From: Promethearchaeota archaeon
GTDB taxonomy: Archaea > Asgardarchaeota > Lokiarchaeia > Sigyniarchaeales > SOKP01
NCBI GenBank assembly: GCA_016840165.1
Contig: JAEOSU010000051.1
Location: 32,001-96,000, forward strand
Length of the DNA stretch: 64,000 nucleotides
Direction of reading: 5' to 3'
A program made the position numbers and the translations under genes. The notes beneath the pieces are model-generated. The model was not told the DNA's origin. It did not search any database and saw nothing but the letters and a program-made list of their open reading frames with translations. Within the stretch, counting starts at the first letter, position 1. Each line of letters starts with the position of its first letter. Below, piece by piece: positions 21,022 to 30,317 of this stretch.

Positions 21022-22822
21022 AATGTTTTATGGATTAGAAGCTGAAGAGTATGATAGAACCTATAAGGACCGAAATTTATTGCGACGAATTTTCTCCTTT
21101 TTTGCCCCATATAAACGTTACATGATAATTGTAGTCCTATTTTTAACACTTTCTTCATTGATTACGTCATTTGTCCCCTTAATAACTTCGATAGCAATAA
21201 ACAACATCAATGAAAGTGCAGGGATTACTTATTTAATCTTTTTAATCGTATTGATCTTAAGTTTTAATATTTTAAGCTTTGTATTTAATTACTTTCGTCA
21301 AATCAATGGTGCCAAAGCAGTTGCAAATGTAGTACTTGATTTAAGAGGAGAGGCAACGAAATCTATTCTAGATCATGATCTCTCATTTTTTGATAAAAAT
21401 CCAATCGGAAAAATTGTCAGTCGTATCAATTCTGATAGTAGAGACTTTGGTCAGACTGTTGAGCTCTCATTAGAAGTTATTTCTTCTTTGGTAGTGATGA
21501 TCATAATCATTCTTCTTCTTTCTTTAATTAATATTGCCTTAACACTCATCATGCTTATAGCTATCCCTCTCTTTTTTGTTGTAGCCCTTGCTTTTCGAAA
21601 ATTTGCAAGAAAGATGACGCTTCTTGGGCAACGAGCTCTCGCATCGGTTAATTCCTTCGTAAAAGAAAGTTTTTCTGGGATTCAAATTGCAAAAACGTTC
21701 CGTCAGGAGCAAAAATTATATGATCAGTTCGAAAAAGTAAATCTACAATCATATAAGGTTAACTTAAAGCGAGCATTCTTGTTAAATGCAATTTTTCCCT
21801 CGTTAGGAATAGTTCAAGGAATAGTAACTACATTTTTAGTCTATTTAGGAGGCAATTTTTTAATCTTTGATACAATTAATATTGGAGATTTCAATATGTT
21901 TATTCAAAGTCTTAACTTGCTTTTCTTTCCCCTCTTAACCATTGCTTCATTTTGGCCTCAATTTCAATCAGGATTATCTGCTTCCGAAAGAATTTTTGCT
22001 ATAATTGATACACCTCCAGTTGTAATTCAAACCGGTGATATTATCCCTGGAAAGTTAACTGGAGAGATTGAATTTAAAAATCTCACCTTTCAATATGAAG
22101 AGAATAAAAAAGTGTTTGATAACTTTAATCTGAAGATTAAACCAGGGGAATCACTCGCTATTGTAGGACATACGGGTGCTGGTAAGTCAAGTATTGCAAA
22201 CTTATTAGCAAGATTTTATGAATTTCAAGAAGGTGATATCGTGATTGACGGAAAAAGTATTAGAAACTTCAAACTCCAAGCTTATCGCCAACAAATTGGA
22301 ATAATCCCCCAAGTTCCATTTTTATGGGCTGATACCGTTGAGCATAATATAAGTTATGGATGTACTTCTGCATCATGTGATGATGTCATTTCTGCTTTAG
22401 ATAAGGCAGGTGGTTCAGAATGGGTTAATAATCTCCCAAATGGATTAGATACTATGGTTGGAGAGCGCGGTAGTCTACTTTCCATGGGACAACGGCAGTT
22501 AGTTGCCTTCGCTCGCGTATTATTAGAAAATCCCTCCATCTTAATTTTAGATGAAGCTACGGCTTCGGTTGATCCATTCACGGAAACGCGGATTCAAGAT
22601 GCCCTCGAGAAGACAATCGAGGGAAGAACCTCGATAGTTATTGCTCATCGCTTATGGACAGTACGACACGTCGATAGAATAATTGTTCTGGATAAAGGAA
22701 AGATAATTGAAGAGGGTAATCATGACGAACTCATGAAGCGTAATGGATACTATGCTGATCTTTATAATACTTATTTCAGACACCAATCTCTGAAGTATAT
22801 CGAAGAAATGGGAAAAACTTAA
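21008..22822 (+). CDS. ABC exporter subunit (TMD+NBD), heterodimer partner 2
   Basis: GHTGAGKS, degenerate signature LSMGQ, ILDEATA; overlaps partner 1. Confidence 0.93.
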   Translation: MRSDRMFYGLEAEEYDRTYKDRNLLRRIFSFFAPYKRYMIIVVLFLTLSSLITSFVPLITSIAINNINESAGITYLIFLIVLILSFNILSFVFNYFRQINGAKAVANVVLDLRGEATKSILDHDLSFFDKNPIGKIVSRINSDSRDFGQTVELSLEVISSLVVMIIIILLLSLINIALTLIMLIAIPLFFVVALAFRKFARKMTLLGQRALASVNSFVKESFSGIQIAKTFRQEQKLYDQFEKVNLQSYKVNLKRAFLLNAIFPSLGIVQGIVTTFLVYLGGNFLIFDTINIGDFNMFIQSLNLLFFPLLTIASFWPQFQSGLSASERIFAIIDTPPVVIQTGDIIPGKLTGEIEFKNLTFQYEENKKVFDNFNLKIKPGESLAIVGHTGAGKSSIANLLARFYEFQEGDIVIDGKSIRNFKLQAYRQQIGIIPQVPFLWADTVEHNISYGCTSASCDDVISALDKAGGSEWVNNLPNGLDTMVGERGSLLSMGQRQLVAFARVLLENPSILILDEATASVDPFTETRIQDALEKTIEGRTSIVIAHRLWTVRHVDRIIVLDKGKIIEEGNHDELMKRNGYYADLYNTYFRHQSLKYIEEMGKT

Positions 22823-22876
22823 GTCATTTTCTCTCTAATTCTAAATATTTAATAATAGATTGGTTGAATTATTACT

Positions 22877-23548
22877 ATGAACTTAGAAAAATGGAAACGA
22901 ATTGCAGCTATCTGTGAGATCTTAGGATCTTTTCTATTTTTTCTCTTGATACTAATAGCAATGTTTTTTTATCCGGGGGGCACGATGGACAACCCTTCAT
23001 CTCCGGGATATTACTTTTGGGGTAATACTATTAGTGATTTAGGCAGAATAATTTCACATAATGGTGCCTTCAATATTATTTCGATGGTATTATTTACGAT
23101 TGGTATAGCCGCTCTTGCCTTGCTATCAATTCCACTATATATTGTCTTCCCTAAGATATTTTCAGCAAGTAAATTTGAATCAATTTCTGCGAGAGTCGGT
23201 TCCTTACTTGGATATATAGCTACGATTGGTTGGATTGGTGTACTTTTTTTCCCTGCGGATATTTCAAATGATATTCATTGGATCTTTGCCTATCTCATCT
23301 ATATCGCTTTCTTTTTCAGTGGGTTCTTCTACACTATCTCGCTATTTCTAAATAAAAAAATCTCTAAAACCTATGCAATAATCTTTACTATCTACTGCAT
23401 TATTCATTTTATATCTCTAATGATTATTATCATCGGTATCCCCATCGCACGAATTTATTTAGTAGTTGGACAAAAAATAGCCCATATCTCCTCTTTAATT
23501 AGCTATTTCATCTTAGGCTATGGACTATTAAAATATAAATTAAATTAA
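22877..23548 (+). CDS. DUF998-like membrane protein
   Basis: YPGG…Y.FW.NTISDLG, FPAD, conserved His; 6 TM. Confidence 0.7.
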   Translation: MNLEKWKRIAAICEILGSFLFFLLILIAMFFYPGGTMDNPSSPGYYFWGNTISDLGRIISHNGAFNIISMVLFTIGIAALALLSIPLYIVFPKIFSASKFESISARVGSLLGYIATIGWIGVLFFPADISNDIHWIFAYLIYIAFFFSGFFYTISLFLNKKISKTYAIIFTIYCIIHFISLMIIIIGIPIARIYLVVGQKIAHISSLISYFILGYGLLKYKLN

Positions 23549-23600
23549 CTCTCTTTTTTTTACTTTCTTAATATTAATGAAAAATTAAAAAAATTGATTA

Positions 23601-24959
23601 TTAGAGCCTATTGATATATCGATTTCGTTCCCATTCACTTACTATAACTCGATATGCATCATTTTCCTCTAATTTCGCATAGTAAAAATTCTTAAAGGGT
23701 TCCTCTCCAAACACTTCCTTCATGAACTCGGAACTATAGAATTCTCCTAATGCCTCGCTTAAACTACCGGGAAGGGAATTTATACCTTCTTTAATCATTT
23801 CCTTAGTGGTGAGATGATAAACATTTCGATCTGTTGGCTCGGGAATTTCAATATCATTGGAGAGAACCCCATCCATTCCCGTCTGTAATAAGACCGCAAA
23901 CTGTAAATAAGGATTTCCTGCCGGATCCGGACATCGTATTTCACATCTTGCGGCCGAGGATTTATTATGAAAATCAGGAACTCTAATCAAGGGAGATCTA
24001 TTCCTAAACCCCCATGCTATATAAACTGGAGCTTCATATCCCGGGACTAATCGCTTATAGGAGTTTGGCCAACTGCTTAAAACCGCACACATCGCTTTCG
24101 CATGCCGAAGTTGACCCGCAATCCATTTCTTCATAAGTAACGAGATATTGTCCTTATCATTCTCGTCATAAAACGCATTAGTTCCATTTTTCCAAAGACT
24201 TTGATGACAATGCATACCACTTCCATTTATTCCATCAAAAGGTTTAGGCATAAATGTTGCGGTCATATTATTCATTGCAGCAACTATTTTAATGATTGCT
24301 TTGATTGTTATAGTATTATCTGCTGAATTCACAGCCTCATCATAGCGAAAATCTATCTCATGCTGCCCATATGCTACTTCATGATGGAGAGCCTCGATCT
24401 CAATTCCCATCGCATCGCAATATTGAGCAATTGAATATCGCATTCGCTCGTTAATATCATAGGGATCATAGTCAAAATACCCGCGCATGTCTGACGGTTT
24501 AAATGCTGCTTCTCTCGCTTCTTGGTTCAAGATGAAAAATTCCATTTCAGGGGCACACAAGTACTTAAAGCCATGTTCTTCAGCTTTTTTCACTGCTCTT
24601 TGAAGAATGTATCGTGGATCTCCTTCATACCGATTTCCATCTGGTTTATATATATCACAAATGACACGAGCCACCCGATTACTATTTGTTCTCCATGGAA
24701 GCATATAAAATGTGCTTGGATCAGGCAATGCGACTTTGTCAGATTCCTCAATCGCTCCATAACCCGTTATAGAACTTCCGTCGAAATTCTCTCCATCCTG
24801 AAAAAAATCCTCAATGCGTTTCGAATTAATCTCAAAGGACTTGATAATACCATGGATATCAGTAAATTGAAGGTAAATAAATTTAATCTCCTCTTCTTTC
24901 ACCTTCTCAATTACCGCGTCACATAATTCTTTTCTATTAGGATCGTTTTTTTCAATCAT
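23601..24959 (-). CDS. glnA: Glutamine synthetase type I
   Basis: FDGSSI, HHEVAYGQHEI, FMPKP…NGSGMH, NSYKRLVPGYEAP, NRSPLIRVP, EIRCPDP. Confidence 0.97.
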   Translation of the reverse strand: MIEKNDPNRKELCDAVIEKVKEEEIKFIYLQFTDIHGIIKSFEINSKRIEDFFQDGENFDGSSITGYGAIEESDKVALPDPSTFYMLPWRTNSNRVARVICDIYKPDGNRYEGDPRYILQRAVKKAEEHGFKYLCAPEMEFFILNQEAREAAFKPSDMRGYFDYDPYDINERMRYSIAQYCDAMGIEIEALHHEVAYGQHEIDFRYDEAVNSADNTITIKAIIKIVAAMNNMTATFMPKPFDGINGSGMHCHQSLWKNGTNAFYDENDKDNISLLMKKWIAGQLRHAKAMCAVLSSWPNSYKRLVPGYEAPVYIAWGFRNRSPLIRVPDFHNKSSAARCEIRCPDPAGNPYLQFAVLLQTGMDGVLSNDIEIPEPTDRNVYHLTTKEMIKEGINSLPGSLSEALGEFYSSEFMKEVFGEEPFKNFYYAKLEENDAYRVIVSEWERNRYINRL

Positions 24960-25011
24960 AGTTTCTCAAATCTTTAATTATTAAATTTTAAGTCATATTC
25001 TAATTTTTTAA

Positions 25012-25425
25012 CTACTCATAGGTTAGTAAAGAGTCCGTTCTTTCCTTAAAAAATTCCATAAAATCATCCACTATTTTAGATTTAATATCCAGTCTAACTT
25101 TCTCAATAGATTCTTCTAAACATGCTCGCAACTTAATAGCAGAGTCGGAGTTCCAGAAATAATGCGTAGGACCCTTATTTTTATAATTTCGTGGTTCTTT
25201 CGTGATACAAAAGTCGATTCTTTTACTACCAGATCTAATAATAGGGATGGTACCCTTATGAATGAATCGGTCACAGTTCCATTTGTAAAAATTTATCGTA
25301 GAGGCCTCGACAAAAATCTCTGATTTAGTCAATCCACTATATATCGCATATTCTTCACATTCACGACAAATTTTACTTTCATAAAAATACTCTTTACCAC
25401 AAATTGCGCATTTTAAGCCATGCAA
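25012..25425 (-). CDS. Uncharacterised Cys/Zn-finger protein with YxWN[C/S] motifs, upstream of glnA (paralog of 36252..36593)
   Basis: LKCAICGKEYFY…ICREC, YKWNC, KEP, YFWNS, C-terminus LLTYE. Confidence 0.8.
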   Translation of the reverse strand: MHGLKCAICGKEYFYESKICRECEEYAIYSGLTKSEIFVEASTINFYKWNCDRFIHKGTIPIIRSGSKRIDFCITKEPRNYKNKGPTHYFWNSDSAIKLRACLEESIEKVRLDIKSKIVDDFMEFFKERTDSLLTYE

Positions 25426-25652
25426 TATTAATCCTCTAATTATGATGGTAATTTTATACTAAAATAATATGCATGAAAATATATAAATTTTTATTATTGC
25501 ATCAAAATAATTATTTATTATACATTTTCTTCAAAATAATTGCTATTTATATTAAATATTTATTTAAAAATATGGAAATAATAATTTATGCTTATATTGA
25601 ACTTACCTAAAAATATAAATCATATTCAGAACTTGGTAAAAGTATTAGATTT

Positions 25653-25991
25653 TTATTCATATCTTGGATTTCCGCTATAAAAATCAGATGAAATTATCTT
25701 TAAGTTAGGTAAACAAGTCCAATTGGGCTTGAAAGGGATCTTACAATTAACAATATCAAGTAATTCAAGACGCTTGAGATGTTCAATACCCTTTAATTCT
25801 TTAATTGGATTTTCATTGAGGTAAAGTCTTTTTAAATTCCTTAGGGTATCTAATCCTCGAATTTCTTGGATCTGATTTCCCCCAAGATCTAATATTTCTA
25901 AGTGGTGGAGCTTCTCTAACCCTTCAGCCTTTTTGATCTGATTGTACTCCAAATTCAAATTTGTTAGATGTTTTAGAGAGTTAAGATTTTT
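25653..25991 (-). pseudogene. 5'-truncated SDS22-like leucine-rich-repeat gene fragment
   Basis: 22-aa LRR units (LNLEYNQI, LDLGGNQI, LYLNENPI); the LRR register continues upstream of the TTG at 25958 (KNLNSLKHLTN) up to the stop of the neighbouring ORF. Confidence 0.65.
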
Positions 25992-27396
25992 ATAATATTA
26001 TAAACGGTGAAATTATTTCTAATGGTAATACTAATGGTCTTTCTTCCGCTATCACCAAGTAGCAAGCCTCATTAACTATAACAAAATCTGAGAAAAATTC
26101 ATCTCTGTGTCCATCATCAAACAAGACATACACATATTGATTATCTCCGAGCTCACCTAGCTCAGTTGTGAATTTATCTGTAATCTTAGTCTTAATATTA
26201 TTCTCGTTTAATTTTTGTAAAATTAGATTTTTTTTATTTTGATTATTACTCTCTATATCGATTATTGGTTCGTTTATCAGGAATTCTCTCCTATTCACGA
26301 ATTCAATTCTATACTTAATCATGATCGTATCTTGTTCTTCAGTAAAGATGAGCCAAATAATATCAATGATATGGGGATTTGTAAGGACTGGTTGGCAATG
26401 AAAATGCACATGTACAGAGAAGGTTTCTATGATGTAGCCATGCCCACTAGATCTACGTACTGTAAACATGTTTGCTACTTCTTCCTTTGTTATTATATTA
26501 TCAGTAAGGGGTTTAAGTTTAATGCTTTTGATGATTGTGTCTCCAAAATAAACGACACGTAGCATTGGTGCCCTTGTCAAATAGCGAAGATTGATTGTTA
26601 TGGGGATTTGATCATATACATCAAATGTACGAGTAATTCCCAAAATATTATCAATATCCCCGCTTGCAAAACCCCTAGAATAGGATGAAAAGTAATATGA
26701 AGTTACTTGAACCTTTCTTGACAAAGCTAATGAAGGATGGGGGTATATCCGAATTGAATTTGCAGGGGCTCTTTTTCCATCTCGTTGAAATTGACGGATA
26801 TCTTGATTCATATAATGTTTTACGTCATAAGGATAGGTTTTGTCCAATGAATAATATTTACTTTTTCCTTCGCAATTTTGTTTTTTAAATATTTCAAATC
26901 CTGTAGGCGGAGGATCGACAAAGACATTATCTAGGACTAATGTCTTTTCCATACTTCCTGATTTCCCCTTGAGAGTTATCTTTAGAACGGTGTGATTAAA
27001 TGGGGTGATAAAGTTAAATACAAAATGCCCTGGACTTAGTTGAATTATGCCAACAACATTTAGTGGTGTGGTATTATCAGGTCTTTCATCTATTATGGTC
27101 ACTTGCACCTCTTCATTTTTAAGAGGAAACCATTGTTCTGTTCCATCTTCATGATACACAATCCCTGCAGTAAATGAGAGCGTTGCTAGTCTTAACGCTG
27201 GTAGGAGTGCATAAGAGTTTATTAAATCAAATCCATTTAAGGTGATATCTGAAAATTCTACATGATCTATGCCTTGAGCGAAACGATCTTTAAGTTTTGA
27301 AGATAATTTAACCTCCAAATCTTTAACACTGTATAATCCTTTAATGGTATATCGCTCTTCTGATATGCGTCTATCGAATGGATCTCTTGGACTCAT
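25990..27396 (-). CDS. Hypothetical beta-rich protein with a possible beta/gamma-crystallin-like motif
   Basis: 468-aa ORF; FEIFKKQNCEGKSKYY…NSIRI resembles a Greek-key crystallin motif. Confidence 0.6.
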   Translation of the reverse strand: MSPRDPFDRRISEERYTIKGLYSVKDLEVKLSSKLKDRFAQGIDHVEFSDITLNGFDLINSYALLPALRLATLSFTAGIVYHEDGTEQWFPLKNEEVQVTIIDERPDNTTPLNVVGIIQLSPGHFVFNFITPFNHTVLKITLKGKSGSMEKTLVLDNVFVDPPPTGFEIFKKQNCEGKSKYYSLDKTYPYDVKHYMNQDIRQFQRDGKRAPANSIRIYPHPSLALSRKVQVTSYYFSSYSRGFASGDIDNILGITRTFDVYDQIPITINLRYLTRAPMLRVVYFGDTIIKSIKLKPLTDNIITKEEVANMFTVRRSSGHGYIIETFSVHVHFHCQPVLTNPHIIDIIWLIFTEEQDTIMIKYRIEFVNRREFLINEPIIDIESNNQNKKNLILQKLNENNIKTKITDKFTTELGELGDNQYVYVLFDDGHRDEFFSDFVIVNEACYLVIAEERPLVLPLEIISPFIIL

Positions 27397-27659
27397 AAGT
27401 ATAATTTTTATTCACTAATTTAAAAATGTTTTCATTTTTTTACATTTTTGTAAGTTATAAAGATATTTTGCGTAAGCATCAAAATGTCTTATATAATTGA
27501 AATTGAAGAACAAAATAAGTTGCTTGGTAAAATCATACTCGATTCATCTAAAGGGAATAGATTCTGGTGACATACCCCCTCATATATACTACAAAGGAAA
27601 TAATAAGCCGTTATTCTCTATAATCATACCAATTTTCTTATTTTATTATTTTAATTTAT

Positions 27660-28154
27660 CTATATATAGATGTCAATTTTATCTAAAAATTCTAATGGTA
27701 AATAATTAAGATATCCTTCTTTTTTCAGATATTCTATCACAGTCGGATGACCACTTTTATATCGTTTCATAACCTCCTTAGGTAAAACCATCTTAGCCTG
27801 AGGATCTCCGACCATATATAACTCTTTTAATAAAGGAAAAGCAATATTTCGATGCAATAATCTTGTATCATACTTCATCTCAGACCAAGCCTGCAAATTG
27901 GAACAAGTCCCCCAGAAAATATCCTCAGGAGATATTTCTTTAACTTTTCGACGATTATACTCCATAGTACGATCCAAACTTTCAGCTACTTCGTCTATTG
28001 AATCTCTATACTTATTTGGTTCTATTTTACTATTAAGGCTCTCTAGAAGTAAAAATTTACATTGCCGGAAAAATTTCTCATTAATATAAATGTTGGAAAC
28101 TTTTCCTTCTAATCTTACAGTAATATACTCATTAATCTTAAATTCTTCTTTCAT
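27660..28154 (-). CDS. Lokiarchaeal LRR-associated domain protein (stand-alone)
   Basis: EFKINEYITVRLE…F.QCKFLLL…SIDE…FWGTCSNLQAW.E..YDTRLLHRNIAFPLLKEL..GDP.A, a domain recalled as recurrent in Lokiarchaeia. Confidence 0.75.
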   Translation of the reverse strand: MKEEFKINEYITVRLEGKVSNIYINEKFFRQCKFLLLESLNSKIEPNKYRDSIDEVAESLDRTMEYNRRKVKEISPEDIFWGTCSNLQAWSEMKYDTRLLHRNIAFPLLKELYMVGDPQAKMVLPKEVMKRYKSGHPTVIEYLKKEGYLNYLPLEFLDKIDIYI

Positions 28155-28370
28155 AGTTATTTCAAAATGAATATCGCGAAATTTTGTCTTATTAATCTAA
28201 TAGACATCTTATTCATATATTTATTTGTATCTTTTTGATATAGAAATTTCTGAGGAATATATCAAGATTTTATAAGATTTAAATAAAAAAATAGATTATT
28301 TTTGAATTAACATAATTGTGAAAATTATGTCGTCGAAATCTAATAGGATAACAAAAGAGGACTAAATAAA

Positions 28371-28682
28371 ATGAGATTTATCGCGTATTTTGAACTTAAT
28401 CCAAAATATGATCCATCTGAACTTGCAGAAGTTGGAATTGATCTAATGAAGAGAAAGTTATATCCTGCTGAGGGAGTGAAAACCCTTGCATGGTACATGA
28501 CTCCCGGACTCTGGGGTATTTCAGTTTCAGAGGCAGATAGTGTAGAAGCTTTAATGAACAATGTTCATGCATGGAGGATTGCAAAACCTGGAATATTTAC
28601 ATTCTTTAAAATTGAACCAGCTATGGATACCAAAGAATTAATACCGCTTGGCGTCCAATTAGCAAAAAGAGTTAAAGAATAG
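28371..28682 (+). CDS. DUF3303-like dimeric alpha/beta-barrel protein
   Basis: PAEGVKTLAWY…GISVSEADSVEAL…W…IEPAM. Confidence 0.7.
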   Translation: MRFIAYFELNPKYDPSELAEVGIDLMKRKLYPAEGVKTLAWYMTPGLWGISVSEADSVEALMNNVHAWRIAKPGIFTFFKIEPAMDTKELIPLGVQLAKRVKE

Positions 28683-28772
28683 AGCATATTCAAATTGATA
28701 TTAATAATTATCTTTTTTTTTATTTTAGTGTAAATTTTTTCTAAAACAAAATATTTAGATAATCCTTTTCCG

Positions 28773-28919
28773 TTATACTCGGCGGTGGATTCGTATCATC
28801 TCATCCCATAATTCTGGTTCTGAATAATGATTCTGGACAATTTCTTGAAGGGAATAAGAAGGCGGTAAACCTGAGTAGCTAACTTCTTTATTTTCATTAT
28901 CTTCTTTTTCATGATGCAT
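28773..28919 (-). CDS. Small 48-aa ORF not in the track (MHHEKEDNENKEVSYSGLPPSYSLQEIVQNHYSEPELWDEMIRIHRRV)
   Basis: ATG at 28919, TAA at 28773-28775, GAGGT SD-like motif 7 nt upstream; more GC-rich than its flanks. Confidence 0.5.
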   Translation of the reverse strand: MHHEKEDNENKEVSYSGLPPSYSLQEIVQNHYSEPELWDEMIRIHRRV

Positions 28920-29068
28920 TTAAATTACCTCATTAGCAATGATAAATGCCAATATTATCAAATATATATAAAGAAAAATTTGTAATTGATGCTAGAAGAC
29001 ACAATAAATTTCTTTCTATAAAAGAATATATATTACCTAAATCCTTCTAAAAAAGGCCTTAAGTAACC

Positions 29069-29278
29069 TTGCCTGGTATTAATATAGTGGCTAAACTAAG
29101 ATGTTTGAATTGTGGAAAGACAATCCATTTCCGTGAAGGGCAAGAGACAGAGTGTCCTAGATGTGGCTCAAATGAATATATACAAGTTTCATCATTTGAA
29201 ACGTGCGTAACATGCTATTGTATTTGCGCAATCGTTATTGTTCTCACTGGTTTTATATTATTATGGGTATTCGCTTAA
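29069..29278 (+). CDS. Small zinc-ribbon protein with Cys-rich C-terminal TM anchor
   Basis: CLNC…CPRC, then CVTCYCIC and a hydrophobic tail. Confidence 0.65.
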   Translation: MPGINIVAKLRCLNCGKTIHFREGQETECPRCGSNEYIQVSSFETCVTCYCICAIVIVLTGFILLWVFA

Positions 29279-29314
29279 CTCAATTCCCGTTTTAAGGATG
29301 CTAGGATCAATTGG

Positions 29315-29794
29315 CTATTTCTTCTTTTTTTTTGGAATTATTTTCATTAGTTCAATAATAATTCCAAAAGTATCTTCAGTATCCATATAAGCATAATGCA
29401 GTTTTACAATCTGCCCCATTTGAAGCGCTTTGATTCCCTTCTTTTTAAAATCTTCAACAGATAAATCGAGATCATCGACATACCTACCAATATGGTGAAA
29501 ACCTTCTCTCCCGCTATTAATAAATTCCTGATATATGTTCTCTCCATCTAATGGCTGAATCAGTTCAATATTTAAATTGAAATATTGCGTAGTTCCTAGC
29601 TTAATAGAATTTTTCGTTTCTTTTCCACGGTATGTGATTGTCTGATCATGAAATTCGAAGAAGGTAATCTTGGGGATATTATATATTGATTCCAATATTT
29701 GAGCTTGTTTTTCTACATCTTTATAGACAAAACCTAGTTGATCTACCTTTAAATCATTTAAAATTAGTCTATTTTCTTCATTCATAATAATCAT
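29315..29794 (-). CDS. VOC (glyoxalase/methylmalonyl-CoA epimerase-like) family protein
   Basis: DQLGFVYKD, IELIQP..G.NIY.EF…EGFHHIG, YAYMDT…GIIIEL. Confidence 0.88.
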   Translation of the reverse strand: MIIMNEENRLILNDLKVDQLGFVYKDVEKQAQILESIYNIPKITFFEFHDQTITYRGKETKNSIKLGTTQYFNLNIELIQPLDGENIYQEFINSGREGFHHIGRYVDDLDLSVEDFKKKGIKALQMGQIVKLHYAYMDTEDTFGIIIELMKIIPKKKKK

Positions 29795-29806
29795 ATAAAT
29801 TTTTAT

Positions 29807-30193
29807 TTAATAATTCCTAAAATTTGATATTAATCGTTCTAACTCACGATTCCAACTATCTAAATCTTTTACATACCATGCTGCTGCATCTATATCGCCC
29901 TGATCATTCTCAAAGGTAATTTTTAATAAGGTTCTGAAAACTGATTTGCCAAGGAACGATTTTGGATTTTCCACAGACTTAATTGCCACTATCGGTATTT
30001 TTAATTCCTTTTTCGGAGTCCACATCCCAAAAAAGAGTTCTTTATCCGTCAAGATTAGAACTCCATTCCCCCGAATTTGAGGTACCCGTTTTGAATCTTG
30101 GCCAAAGAAGTTTGCTCCTCTACTAGTGAGTAAAACATTCTTTCCAACAAATTGGTCCTCAATCTCTCGAGTGCGTTTTTTGAATAGTGGCAT
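29807..30193 (-). CDS. PH-like (GRAM-type) domain protein
   Basis: GNGVLILTDKELFF…LKIPIVAIKSVE…W at the C-terminal helix. Confidence 0.6.
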   Translation of the reverse strand: MPLFKKRTREIEDQFVGKNVLLTSRGANFFGQDSKRVPQIRGNGVLILTDKELFFGMWTPKKELKIPIVAIKSVENPKSFLGKSVFRTLLKITFENDQGDIDAAAWYVKDLDSWNRELERLISNFRNY

Positions 30194-30317
30194 TATTCAT
30201 TTTCTCTTATTTAAGATAAAAATCATGTTAAAATTAATAAAAATAAGAACAAATTATATTTAAAATTTAAAGCTTATCGAGATAGAACTATGTACCATAT
30301 TTTTAAAAAAAATGTTT

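Noticed and set aside
25461-25542. Three AAAATAAT repeats upstream of the glnA leader gene
   Set aside because: Too AT-rich and irregularly spaced to distinguish from background.
27497-27709. 70-aa + strand ORF, plus short TGA-interrupted frames on both strands (MSYIIEIEEQ…FW*; minus-strand GAGGGGG-ATG MSPESIPFR*)
   Set aside because: No Cys/Sec-type context, low-complexity composition and overlap with the neighbouring gene end; not supportable as genes or recoding events.
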